From NCBI GenBank assembly GCA_009699315.1, contig WLOK01000002.1, positions 1 to 54,705 of the forward strand: a DNA stretch of 54,705 nt, read 5' to 3'. The translations under genes and the position numbers were made by a program. This DNA is from Actinomycetota bacterium. Its GTDB lineage: Bacteria > Actinomycetota > Actinomycetes > S36-B12. The notes under the pieces were generated by a model. It was not told the DNA's origin. It made no database searches and worked only from the letters and a program-made list of their open reading frames with translations. Below, in pieces: positions 27,441 through 37,238 of this stretch (its first letter is position 1; each line of letters starts with the position of its first letter).

Positions 27441-28433
27441 CTAGGAGATCGCGGTGCGCACAGCGCGAAACACGCGGGTGTCGCTCGATAGCGCAGACAC
27501 GGTGACACGCCAGTGCTTTCCGGAGTGGGCCGGAATAGTCCACGAATTCACTGCATTGGCCGAGTGCGCAGCAAAGTCGCTGGTTGGCACCTTGCTGAAT
27601 CGGTCGTACATGTAGACGGTGTAACTCCGGGTCACGTCGGGGATCCGCACATGCGCTGTCAGTCGAATCCGGGAGGGAGTCGGTGGCGATACAAGACGAG
27701 ATTGGTTTTCCAGCCCCTCGCCATCAGACGACGATGTGAGCCAAACTGGAATGGTCTCGCGCTTGGGATCCAAGATTCCGGTCACGGCTGTGCCGTAATG
27801 CGCGGACCCGAGCGCTAGGGAGTAGATCGGTCCACCCAACAGGTTTGCTGCGCGACGACTGAGCGGGAAATCAGAGAACCGATAGGTGTACACAAAGGGA
27901 TAGTTCGAGCCCACGTTATGTAGACCGTTATCACTGATCGTGATGGTGTCCGAGGGTGCAGACGCGCCGATGCCCAGCACCGGCACGATGTGGTCGTAGC
28001 TTCCGACTTGACCGGGAATCGGCTCGCCGAGGATTCGTACGTTGTTGTCGACGCCGATGATGACAACATCGCCACGCACAAACCGGCTTTTCACCCAGCC
28101 CAAGAATCGTGCAGGGGTGTCGCGATTGCCCGTGTCGAACGCCACCGCACTCAGTCTCATTCGCCGAGCGGCAGCCAGATCATTACCGCCAAGGAGCAGT
28201 TGACTCGATGCCCGAGTCTGGGGGACGTGCGGCGAAGCCAGGGCCCGGGCTGTCCATTGAGAGGTGTACTGACCAAAGCGCATCCCGGCGCTAATGAAGC
28301 TGGTCTCCCCGCAATAGCCAAAGTTGGCATTCCACTGCAGACGGGGCTCCACAGGCTGTGCCACGCTCGGAACAGCGCCCACTACTGCCACGATGCCTAG
28401 ACACATCAAGACGGATAGCAGCCTGATCTTCAC
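27441..28433 (-). CDS. Secreted hypothetical protein (possible papain-fold Cys/His enzyme)
   Basis: GTG 28433 gives the signal peptide VKIRLLSVLMCLGIVAVVGAVPSVAQP. GYCGETS and YDHIVPV lie 107 aa apart. Confidence 0.55.
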   Translation of the reverse strand: MKIRLLSVLMCLGIVAVVGAVPSVAQPVEPRLQWNANFGYCGETSFISAGMRFGQYTSQWTARALASPHVPQTRASSQLLLGGNDLAAARRMRLSAVAFDTGNRDTPARFLGWVKSRFVRGDVVIIGVDNNVRILGEPIPGQVGSYDHIVPVLGIGASAPSDTITISDNGLHNVGSNYPFVYTYRFSDFPLSRRAANLLGGPIYSLALGSAHYGTAVTGILDPKRETIPVWLTSSSDGEGLENQSRLVSPPTPSRIRLTAHVRIPDVTRSYTVYMYDRFSKVPTSDFAAHSANAVNSWTIPAHSGKHWRVTVSALSSDTRVFRAVRTAIS

Positions 28434-28449
28434 ACCGTCATCCTGCCGG

Positions 28450-29880
<1,431 letters not shown>

Positions 29881-29924
29881 CACCCCAAGCAGGTAGTTGT
29901 CTCCTGTTTGTGGGACAGTTCAAT

Positions 29925-30860
29925 ATGACATCAACCTCCCGGACAAAGCGCATCCTTGCCTCAGTCGCAATCGTTGGCGTTCTCGTGCCCGCTTCGATCG
30001 TGGGGGTATCCATCTCTCAGGCGGCGATTGCTCCTGTAACGGAATGCACGCCCGGGCCGGAGGCCGAATGCGCTGGCGCAGATCTGCGAGGCGCGAACCT
30101 CAGTGGACTTGATTTGTCCGGGATTGACCTGTCCGGAGCCAATCTGTCCGGAGCCAATGTCTCCGGCGCGAAACTGGTGGACGCGGACCTGTCCGGGGCA
30201 AACCTCCGATACGTGAACGCTCGCGGCGCTGCATTCAATGGGGCCAATCTGCAAGACGCAAATCTGGTGAAGGCCAACCTTCGACGCGCTGACTTTAGTC
30301 AGAGCTACTACTCCTGCACATCTAGTTATGGTTCTACGTGCTACGGAGCAGACTTGACCAGAGCGGACCTGTATGGCGCAAATCTCAGCTACGCACGCTT
30401 AAAGAACGCAACGCTGATCCTCACAAATCTAGATTCGGCCACACTCGTGAAGGCCTCGCTCATTTCGACGTACTTGCTCCTTGCTGACTTCACCGACGCC
30501 CGTCTCGATTACGCAAACTTACGAAATTCCAACGCGGATCGTGCCATTTTCACCCGCGCGACACTTATCGGTGCCAACCTCACTGGGTTTACCGCAACCA
30601 ACGCGCAATTCCGCAGCGCGAACATGAACCGTGCCATTATCCGAGGATTCTACGGATCTTATACGAACTTCAGCTATGCCTACATGGGCGACGCTTTGCT
30701 CATCGGCAGCTATTTCCTAAACTCCAATTTGACTGGGGTGCATTTTCTTAATGCCAAGCTCTATAGCAACTCCTTCACAGGTTCCACCTTGCGCGATGTC
30801 CGGTGCCCAAATGGCGTAGTGCAGAACGTGGCGTGCCCGCAGCTGTCTGATCCGACCTAA
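29925..30860 (+). CDS. Exported pentapeptide-repeat protein with six cysteines
   Basis: Signal/TM segment ILASVAIVGVLVPASIVGVSISQA, then A(D/N)LxG-type pentapeptides (ADLRGANLSGLDLSGIDLSGANLSGANVSGAKL...). GTG 29910 is an alternative start. Confidence 0.8.
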   Translation: MTSTSRTKRILASVAIVGVLVPASIVGVSISQAAIAPVTECTPGPEAECAGADLRGANLSGLDLSGIDLSGANLSGANVSGAKLVDADLSGANLRYVNARGAAFNGANLQDANLVKANLRRADFSQSYYSCTSSYGSTCYGADLTRADLYGANLSYARLKNATLILTNLDSATLVKASLISTYLLLADFTDARLDYANLRNSNADRAIFTRATLIGANLTGFTATNAQFRSANMNRAIIRGFYGSYTNFSYAYMGDALLIGSYFLNSNLTGVHFLNAKLYSNSFTGSTLRDVRCPNGVVQNVACPQLSDPT

Positions 30861-30880
30861 TCGCCCACTACGATTTAGGG

Positions 30881-31525
30881 ATGGACTATCCCTGGCCTGA
30901 TCGTGTGTGGCTTAGGGCACTCATGCTCATGGACCTTGAGGGATCCATCGCGGGCCCGGATGGTCGAAGTGGCTCGCTAAGCGGTCCGGCTGACCGAAGA
31001 GTCTTTAGCGCGGTTCGCAGCCATGCCGATGCCGTCATCATCGGGGCCAGCACAATGCGCGCCGAGCGTTACCGACCCATGGTGCCCAGAGTTGAGCTAG
31101 TCGAGAGCCGCGCTGCTGCTGGGCTCCAACCCGCGTTGCAATTGGTCATCGTCAGTGTGTCCTTGGATCTTCCTTGGGATGAGGCGGTTTTCGCCGAATC
31201 AACTTTTCTCCCCATCGTGGCAACATCTGAAGCGGCTGACCCGGCCAACCTTGATACGGCGCGGGAGCATTCTGAGGTCCTCATCTGCCCCGGCGAGTCA
31301 GTGGACCCGGCGTGGTTGCTTGCTCAGCTGACGTCGCGTGGGCTTCGTCGCTTTATCTGCGAAGGGGGCCGCAACTTGCTCAATGCCTTTGCCGAGGCTG
31401 GTCTCGTCGATGAATGGGACTTGACCCTTGGACCTTCGGCCGCTGGGGTCGGTTTCGATTTGGTAGACACTACCGACGATGAAGGATTCCACTTCCTGCG
31501 TTATGTGAAAAGAGATAACACATGA
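30881..31525 (+). CDS. RibD C-terminal domain / dihydrofolate-reductase-like reductase
   Basis: DLEGSIAGPDGRSG.LSGP.DR..F...R..ADAVIIGASTMR...Y and CEGG..L pattern. Confidence 0.65.
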   Translation: MDYPWPDRVWLRALMLMDLEGSIAGPDGRSGSLSGPADRRVFSAVRSHADAVIIGASTMRAERYRPMVPRVELVESRAAAGLQPALQLVIVSVSLDLPWDEAVFAESTFLPIVATSEAADPANLDTAREHSEVLICPGESVDPAWLLAQLTSRGLRRFICEGGRNLLNAFAEAGLVDEWDLTLGPSAAGVGFDLVDTTDDEGFHFLRYVKRDNT

Positions 31526-32421
31526 TCACTCTGAAGACCCTCCACGATCTCGCAGCGCGATTTCCTGACGCGCTCGCTGTGACATGTGAGCCAATGCGGG
31601 TTGGTGATGACGTCTTCGATAGCGAGTCGCGACCTGCCGTGATGGCCACAGTCAATCTTTCGCGTGACTCCACCTACCGGGAGAGCATCGCGACTTCAAC
31701 TGCCTCCGCCATCCGGAAGGCGCGGGTCGCTCACGCGCAAGGGGCACACATCATCGACATTGGCGCCGAATCAACGACCGCGAAGGCTGTGCGTGTCTCG
31801 ATCGATGAGCAATTGAGCAAATTGCTCCCAGTTGTTGAGGCGTGTGTTGCTGATGGCATGCATGTCTCCGCGGAGACCTATGAGCCAGCAATCGCGGAGG
31901 CGTGTCTCGCGGCGGGTGCGCGAGTGTTGAACATGACCGGAGCCGAACATCAGGAAGCGATGCTTGATCTAGCCGCTCGATACGACGCGACTGTCGTGCT
32001 GTGTTACGTCCGTGGTGCGAATGTTCGCGAGATCACGAATGTCGAGCTCGAGGCTGATCCGCTGCCAGGCATCATTGACCACTTCCGCGACCGAGTCGCC
32101 GTCGCCAAGGCTCAGGGCGTCGATCGCATTGTCATTGACCCAGGCATGGGCTTCTTCTATGGCAATCTCGTCGACCCGATGACGCGCATACGCCATCAGA
32201 CACAGGTCATTCTCAATACATTCCGGCTGCGAGTTCTGGGGCTGCCCATCTGCCACGCACTCCCCCACGCATTCGATCTCTTCGAAGACAACTTCCGGAC
32301 AGCCGAGGGCTTCTTCGCCGTCTTGGCCCGACTAGGTGGCGCCACTCTGTACCGCACCCACGAGGTGGCGCAGGTCAGCGCCGTACTGCGATCCATGATC
32401 GAGTTAGATGCAGGAATCTGA
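31522..32421 (+). CDS. Divergent dihydropteroate synthase-like (pterin-binding domain) protein
   Basis: VMATVNLSRDS..., GAHIIDIGAEST and IDPGMGF match the DHPS TIM-barrel layout. However, the canonical TPDSFSDGG and GGESTRPG segments are altered. ATGA overlap with the upstream gene. Confidence 0.65.
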   Translation: MITLKTLHDLAARFPDALAVTCEPMRVGDDVFDSESRPAVMATVNLSRDSTYRESIATSTASAIRKARVAHAQGAHIIDIGAESTTAKAVRVSIDEQLSKLLPVVEACVADGMHVSAETYEPAIAEACLAAGARVLNMTGAEHQEAMLDLAARYDATVVLCYVRGANVREITNVELEADPLPGIIDHFRDRVAVAKAQGVDRIVIDPGMGFFYGNLVDPMTRIRHQTQVILNTFRLRVLGLPICHALPHAFDLFEDNFRTAEGFFAVLARLGGATLYRTHEVAQVSAVLRSMIELDAGI

Positions 32422-32490
32422 CGCATGTGGCCGCATGCCCGAATCTGAGCGCTATGGAACAATGGGCTACTCGGAACGGAGGTCGGATTA

Positions 32491-33378
32491 GTGGATGCAG
32501 TCTTTGATGTACCCACCTCTCTTGGTGCACCTTCCGCCCGACTGACACTCGAGGGTCCGCATCCCTCCTACGTGCGCACATCGATTCTTCGTCGCGGGAT
32601 TCTCGGTTATGGCGGATTCACTGCCGCGGCGCTTTACGCACTCGCCGGCCGCAAGCCACGCGGCACCTTCTTCGACATTGGCGCGAATATTGGCCTGTAT
32701 TCAGCCCTCTTGGGTACGTCATTTCCCCACCTCAACATTCACGCTTTCGAGCCCTTCCCAGACTCCTGCGACAATCTTGAGGCCATCGCGGCAGCTAATG
32801 GGCTCGACATCACTTTGCATCGATGCGCGATCAGTGACGCAATTGGGACTGCGAGCCTCACAATCTCAGCCCAGAGCGACGCCTCGCACTCGCTCAGTAC
32901 ACGGCGCAACTCGGGCACTGGCAATATCGAAGTCCCCACCACAACGCTCGATGCCCTGGTGCGCGAGCTGGGCGTTATCCCCGATCTGATCAAGGTCGAT
33001 GTCGAGCGTCACGAGCCCGCTGTAGTCCGTGGCGGCATAAGGACTCTTACCGAACATCGGCCAATCGTTGTCATAGAACTTCTCGGAAGTCGGTCAGAGG
33101 CTGACAAAGCTCTCTCGACTCGCAAAGGCGCCACTCTTAACCCAGAGGCACGCGAAACTCGTCAGGCTTTCGTGCAGATGGGCTACGCACCACAACGCAT
33201 CAAACGGCCCGCCCACCTAGATGACACAGTCGGCAAGGGAACATCACACGACTTCATCATGTGGCCCGATGGAATCGACCCAGAATTCGATGCAACGTAC
33301 GCCCGATGGGTAGATACCTTGGTGGAGCTGCGCAATGACGCGCGCACACAGCGCCAGGAGCCGGATTCCGGAATCTGA
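32491..33378 (+). CDS. FkbM family SAM-dependent methyltransferase
   Basis: FFDIGANIGLYS, AFEP, and IKVDVERHEP (equivalent to the family KIDVEG.E motif). GTG follows GGAGG. Confidence 0.8.
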   Translation: MDAVFDVPTSLGAPSARLTLEGPHPSYVRTSILRRGILGYGGFTAAALYALAGRKPRGTFFDIGANIGLYSALLGTSFPHLNIHAFEPFPDSCDNLEAIAAANGLDITLHRCAISDAIGTASLTISAQSDASHSLSTRRNSGTGNIEVPTTTLDALVRELGVIPDLIKVDVERHEPAVVRGGIRTLTEHRPIVVIELLGSRSEADKALSTRKGATLNPEARETRQAFVQMGYAPQRIKRPAHLDDTVGKGTSHDFIMWPDGIDPEFDATYARWVDTLVELRNDARTQRQEPDSGI

Positions 33379-33431
33379 ACGCTAGGCAACCCATTTGTAG
33401 TCAACTACGGGCGCAACGCCCCTAGATTGCG

Positions 33432-34157
33432 TTGATGGACGCAATGGGCTTTGCACTTGTCGAGGTAGCGATCTTCGTCGCTGCTATCGTCCAAGGCTCT
33501 AGCGGACTAGGTTTCAATCTGGTGAGCGCGCCGGTCATCAATGCGATCAGTCCTGGCCCCCAATCCGTTGGACTCATTAACCTCTTTGCGTTGCTTCAAA
33601 ACGCATGGCTGCTTAGCCGCGAGAAGGGCCGAATCCATTGGGAGTCCTTTCGAGTGCTTGGCCCCTCCTTGGCGGTCGGCGTCGCCATCGGATTTGGCTT
33701 GCTGAGACTGATTCCCGAGCAGGCCATGCCGATCATCGTCGCCGTGTCGTCTCTCGCCTCCCTCGCGGTACTGATTTTGTGGCGAGCCAGCCCTGGCTCA
33801 GTAGCTGGCGGGATCGCGGGCGTGTGGAGCGGCACCATTAACACCTATGCCGGTGTAGGGGGACCGCCTGTGGCCTCTTACCTCATCAGTCAAGGCTGGC
33901 CGCATGGAGATTTCCTTCGCACGCTGCAGATCGTGTTTGTGGGCATCGACATCGTGAGCCTGCCGATTCTCGGGCTTCCTGCGTGGCCATGGTGGTTCTA
34001 CGCAGTTGGTGTCGCGTGCTTATTGCTTGGCACCGGGGTCGGCTCTCTCTTGCGCCGTCGTCTCTCCCAGCATCAGGCGACGATGTTGTCTCGGACAGTA
34101 ATCGGTGTAGCTGCGATTGTGTCTCTGGTCTATTCGATTGTGGGACTGGTTGTCTAG
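33432..34157 (+). CDS. TauE/SafE family anion (sulfite-type) exporter
   Basis: 241 aa, about 7-8 TM helices. GSSGLGFNLVSAP and GVGGPP motifs. Start ambiguous (TTG 33432, ATG 33435 or ATG 33444). Confidence 0.7.
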   Translation: MMDAMGFALVEVAIFVAAIVQGSSGLGFNLVSAPVINAISPGPQSVGLINLFALLQNAWLLSREKGRIHWESFRVLGPSLAVGVAIGFGLLRLIPEQAMPIIVAVSSLASLAVLILWRASPGSVAGGIAGVWSGTINTYAGVGGPPVASYLISQGWPHGDFLRTLQIVFVGIDIVSLPILGLPAWPWWFYAVGVACLLLGTGVGSLLRRRLSQHQATMLSRTVIGVAAIVSLVYSIVGLVV

Positions 34158-34159
34158 AC

Positions 34160-36211
34160 CTACTGCTTGATTGGGAGTGAATTCCAGACACTGTCTGCCA
34201 CTTCAGCTGAAAAGGTCGCCGTGATGTGAGTTGAGTTACGGTACATTATGGTTCCCTTTGAAGAATACAACGAGCATGTACTTGGACCACAGAAGAGATC
34301 CGTTGGGTCAACAAATGCCAAACCCGAGATGCGTTGCTCAGCTCGATAGAGAATCTCATCTGGATGCGCGACGTCCTCGCGGGCCATGTCACACGAATTG
34401 GGGTCCGAAAGGTGCTTCCCGAGACACGTTGCGTAATTCAGGCCAGGATCCGGCTGCGAGCGAATCATCGCGAATTTTAGGGTCGGCTTGGGGAGCCGTG
34501 CCATGAAGACCTGAACACCCTGCTGCCATGTTGACTCAAAAGCATCAGGAGACAGCGCATTGCCTGCGGAATCGCGAACAGCAGTTTGGTCTGACCAGGT
34601 ACGGCCAAAGACGATTATATCGATACTGCCGAGAGCGCTGACCTTTTCAACGACCGCATCGCGCCACTCGTCGCATTCGGTGTAGATGCGCTTCATCTTC
34701 TCGTTGTAGACAATGACCTCGCTCGCCGGACAGGCCGCCTTAGCAAAGAGATAGAGACGCCAGTGGTGTTCCCTCGCAGCTACGTCAAAGGCAGGAAGCC
34801 ACTGGGCCACATTCGAATCCCCGATAAGGACTAGGGTCTGAGTGCCATTCGCATCCCCGAATAAGCAATCCGCAGGTGGCCGGGTTTGCGGCACTGTCAG
34901 ACGGCACCCACGCGCCTTCTCGATATCAGCACCGGCTTGCTCAAGGGTCATTGTCAAAGGTGATCCGGTTGGAATGCCTTGATCGCCCAACGCCATGGCC
35001 CAGAACAGGGTCGCCACCACAACCGGTGCGCCAATCAGCCCGAGCCCGAGCAACAACGATCTGCGCGGCAGACCGCTCAACCAGCGATTCGATCGAACGG
35101 GGTTCTCCACGAACCGATGACTGGCCCAAGCCAGTACAAGTGACAGAGCCAAAGCGATGATGATCACAAAAGCCGGCGAGTCAGCGGAGTTGGGTGATCG
35201 TCCCGGGAAGAGCGCGCGCGCAAAAACAAGCACTGGCCAATGCCAGAGGTACCAGGAGTAGGAGATGAGGCCAACGGCTACAAATGGTCGCAGTGCAAGT
35301 ATTCGGGACGGCCCGGAGCGAACCCCAGTTATACCCGCAAAAATGATTAGTACGGCACCCAGCACGGGGAGTAGTGCCGCGTAGCCTGGAAAGGAAGTTT
35401 CCGGTGAGAACATGAAAAATGACAACAGGATCATGGCGAGCCCGACACCGGCCGCCATTGAGGCGGCACGTCGAGTGAGTTTGGGAAGACTCCTCGCCGT
35501 GAGTGCCAAGACACCGCCGAGCGCAAGCTCCCATGCGCGTGTGGGCAGACCGAAGAACGCCCAGTTACCATCTACTGGCGTTAAGAGAACCGACGCGAGT
35601 AACGACGCACCTGCCACAACTCCCAGGGCGAGAGCCAACGCCCGGCGGGTCACTTCCGGTTCCCACGCGCGACGCCGGGCAAGAAGAGCCACCGCGATAA
35701 TGAGCAGAGGCCAGATCACGTAGAACTGCTCTTCAACCGAGAGCGACCAGTAGTGCAGTACTGGACTTGTTTCAACTTGTGCAGCCATGTAGTCAGTCGC
35801 CTGGCTCGAAAACACGATGTTGGAGATAAATAGAGCGGCGGCGGCGACGTTGGTGGATATGTCGACTACCGCAACAGGAGAGAAACATAACCAAGCCGCT
35901 ACGAGAATTAGAATCAGCACCAGCGAAGATAACGGAAGTATTCGCCGTATACGACGTGCATAGAAACCTTGGATTGAGACAGTGCCGTTACGTGCAACCT
36001 CGTTGAACAGCAGTCCGGTAATCAGAAATCCTGAGATGACGAAGAAGACGTCTACCCCGACGAATCCCCCTGGCAAAAGACCGGGGAAGGCGTGGAAAAT
36101 GACGACGGAGCTGACTGCGACCGCTCGAAGCCCATCGATGTCAGGTCGATATCCTCGCCCAGAAGAGACTGAGGGACTCGAAACCGCGGCCCTCGGTTCT
36201 CCGATGCTCAC
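34160..36211 (-). CDS. Acyltransferase-3 (OafA/YrhL-type) membrane O-acyltransferase fused to a C-terminal SGNH domain
   Basis: RPDIDGLRAVAV..V...H, FFVISGFLIT and about 10 TM helices, then LIGDSN...SGNH-like periplasmic domain. Confidence 0.85.
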   Translation of the reverse strand: MSIGEPRAAVSSPSVSSGRGYRPDIDGLRAVAVSSVVIFHAFPGLLPGGFVGVDVFFVISGFLITGLLFNEVARNGTVSIQGFYARRIRRILPLSSLVLILILVAAWLCFSPVAVVDISTNVAAAALFISNIVFSSQATDYMAAQVETSPVLHYWSLSVEEQFYVIWPLLIIAVALLARRRAWEPEVTRRALALALGVVAGASLLASVLLTPVDGNWAFFGLPTRAWELALGGVLALTARSLPKLTRRAASMAAGVGLAMILLSFFMFSPETSFPGYAALLPVLGAVLIIFAGITGVRSGPSRILALRPFVAVGLISYSWYLWHWPVLVFARALFPGRSPNSADSPAFVIIIALALSLVLAWASHRFVENPVRSNRWLSGLPRRSLLLGLGLIGAPVVVATLFWAMALGDQGIPTGSPLTMTLEQAGADIEKARGCRLTVPQTRPPADCLFGDANGTQTLVLIGDSNVAQWLPAFDVAAREHHWRLYLFAKAACPASEVIVYNEKMKRIYTECDEWRDAVVEKVSALGSIDIIVFGRTWSDQTAVRDSAGNALSPDAFESTWQQGVQVFMARLPKPTLKFAMIRSQPDPGLNYATCLGKHLSDPNSCDMAREDVAHPDEILYRAEQRISGLAFVDPTDLFCGPSTCSLYSSKGTIMYRNSTHITATFSAEVADSVWNSLPIKQ

Positions 36212-36280
36212 GACCCCACCTTCACATCTGCGGCCTGCATGATCCGACCGAAACTTTGCCTTTCCTGCTGTGCCTCAGAT

Positions 36281-37238
36281 TCATAAAATTGGAGGCAAAT
36301 CCACCAGAAGTCTGCGCCAGATAAAGGCTGAAATTTCACTCGAAAAGGTCGCTGTCATGTGAGTTTGGTTCCGGAACTTGATCGTTCCTCTTAGCGACAC
36401 TAGTGAGCAAGTGCGCCGAGTAAAATGCATCAGTCGGATCGACGAGAGTCAAATTTGGGATTCTCGACTCAGCCCGTGCAAGCAACCCATCCGGATGTGC
36501 AACTTGAACACGAGCCTGATCGCAGATGCTCGGTGTCGCCAGATTCTTACCGAGACACACCGTGTAGTCGAGACCGGGATTGGGTTGAGACCTAATCACG
36601 GCAACACGAGGGCGCGGGACGGACAATCGGGCAAGAAATCCGGTCATGCCACTGCGCCAAGCCGCCTCCAACTTGACTGGGGACATCGTCCGCCCCTGAG
36701 AATCGCGAATCAAATCTTGGTACTGCCAGGTTCGACCGATAACCAGAACATCGATAGGACCAATTTCACTCAGTTTTTCTACGAGCGAATCGCGCCAAAT
36801 GTCGCACTCAACATAGATACGCTTAAATCTGATTTGGTAGACGGGAACCTGTGCGATAGGGCAGGCTGCATTTGCGAAAAAGTAGAGACGCCACCCATGC
36901 CTCTTCGCCGCACGATCAAGGGCGGGAAGCCAATGAGATGCGTTTGAGTCGCCAATCAGCACCATAGAGTGATTCCCGGATACATCACCGAAAAGGCAGT
37001 TGTCCAGGGGCCGTATCGATACAGTCAACCGACAACCGCGAGTCTGTTCGATGTCCTTCGCTGCCTGCGCGAGCGTCATCGGAACAACAGAATCTACAGG
37101 CAGTCCAGCCGCGGTTGCGGTAAGTGCGAGAACTGGGATACACGCCATCAATGCCGCACGGCCCGCCAGCCGCACCGCAAATGCCCTTCTGCAGACCAAC
37201 ATAGGCCGAAGACACCTCTCAACGCGTCGTTGATTCAA
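36281..37238 (-). pseudogene. Stand-alone paralogue of the last TM helix plus SGNH domain of the neighbouring acyltransferase, with an apparent +1 frameshift near its 3' end
   Basis: Collinear similarity to the C-terminal ~290 aa of the 34160-36211 product. After ...DPTDAF the similarity continues in another frame (TCSLVSLRGTIKFRNQTHMTATFSSEI) to a TGA at 36281. The annotated frame stops at 36336. Confidence 0.55.

Noticed and set aside
29925-30860. Annotating the pentapeptide-repeat protein as an MfpA/Qnr-type quinolone-resistance DNA mimic
   Set aside because: The N-terminal signal/anchor sequence and paired cysteines argue for an extracytoplasmic location, which is incompatible with gyrase protection.
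33409-33421. Short hairpin gggcg-caa-cgccc after the FkbM gene as a terminator
   Set aside because: The stem is only 5 bp, there is no U-tract, and it lies about 10 nt from the next gene start. That is too weak to call.
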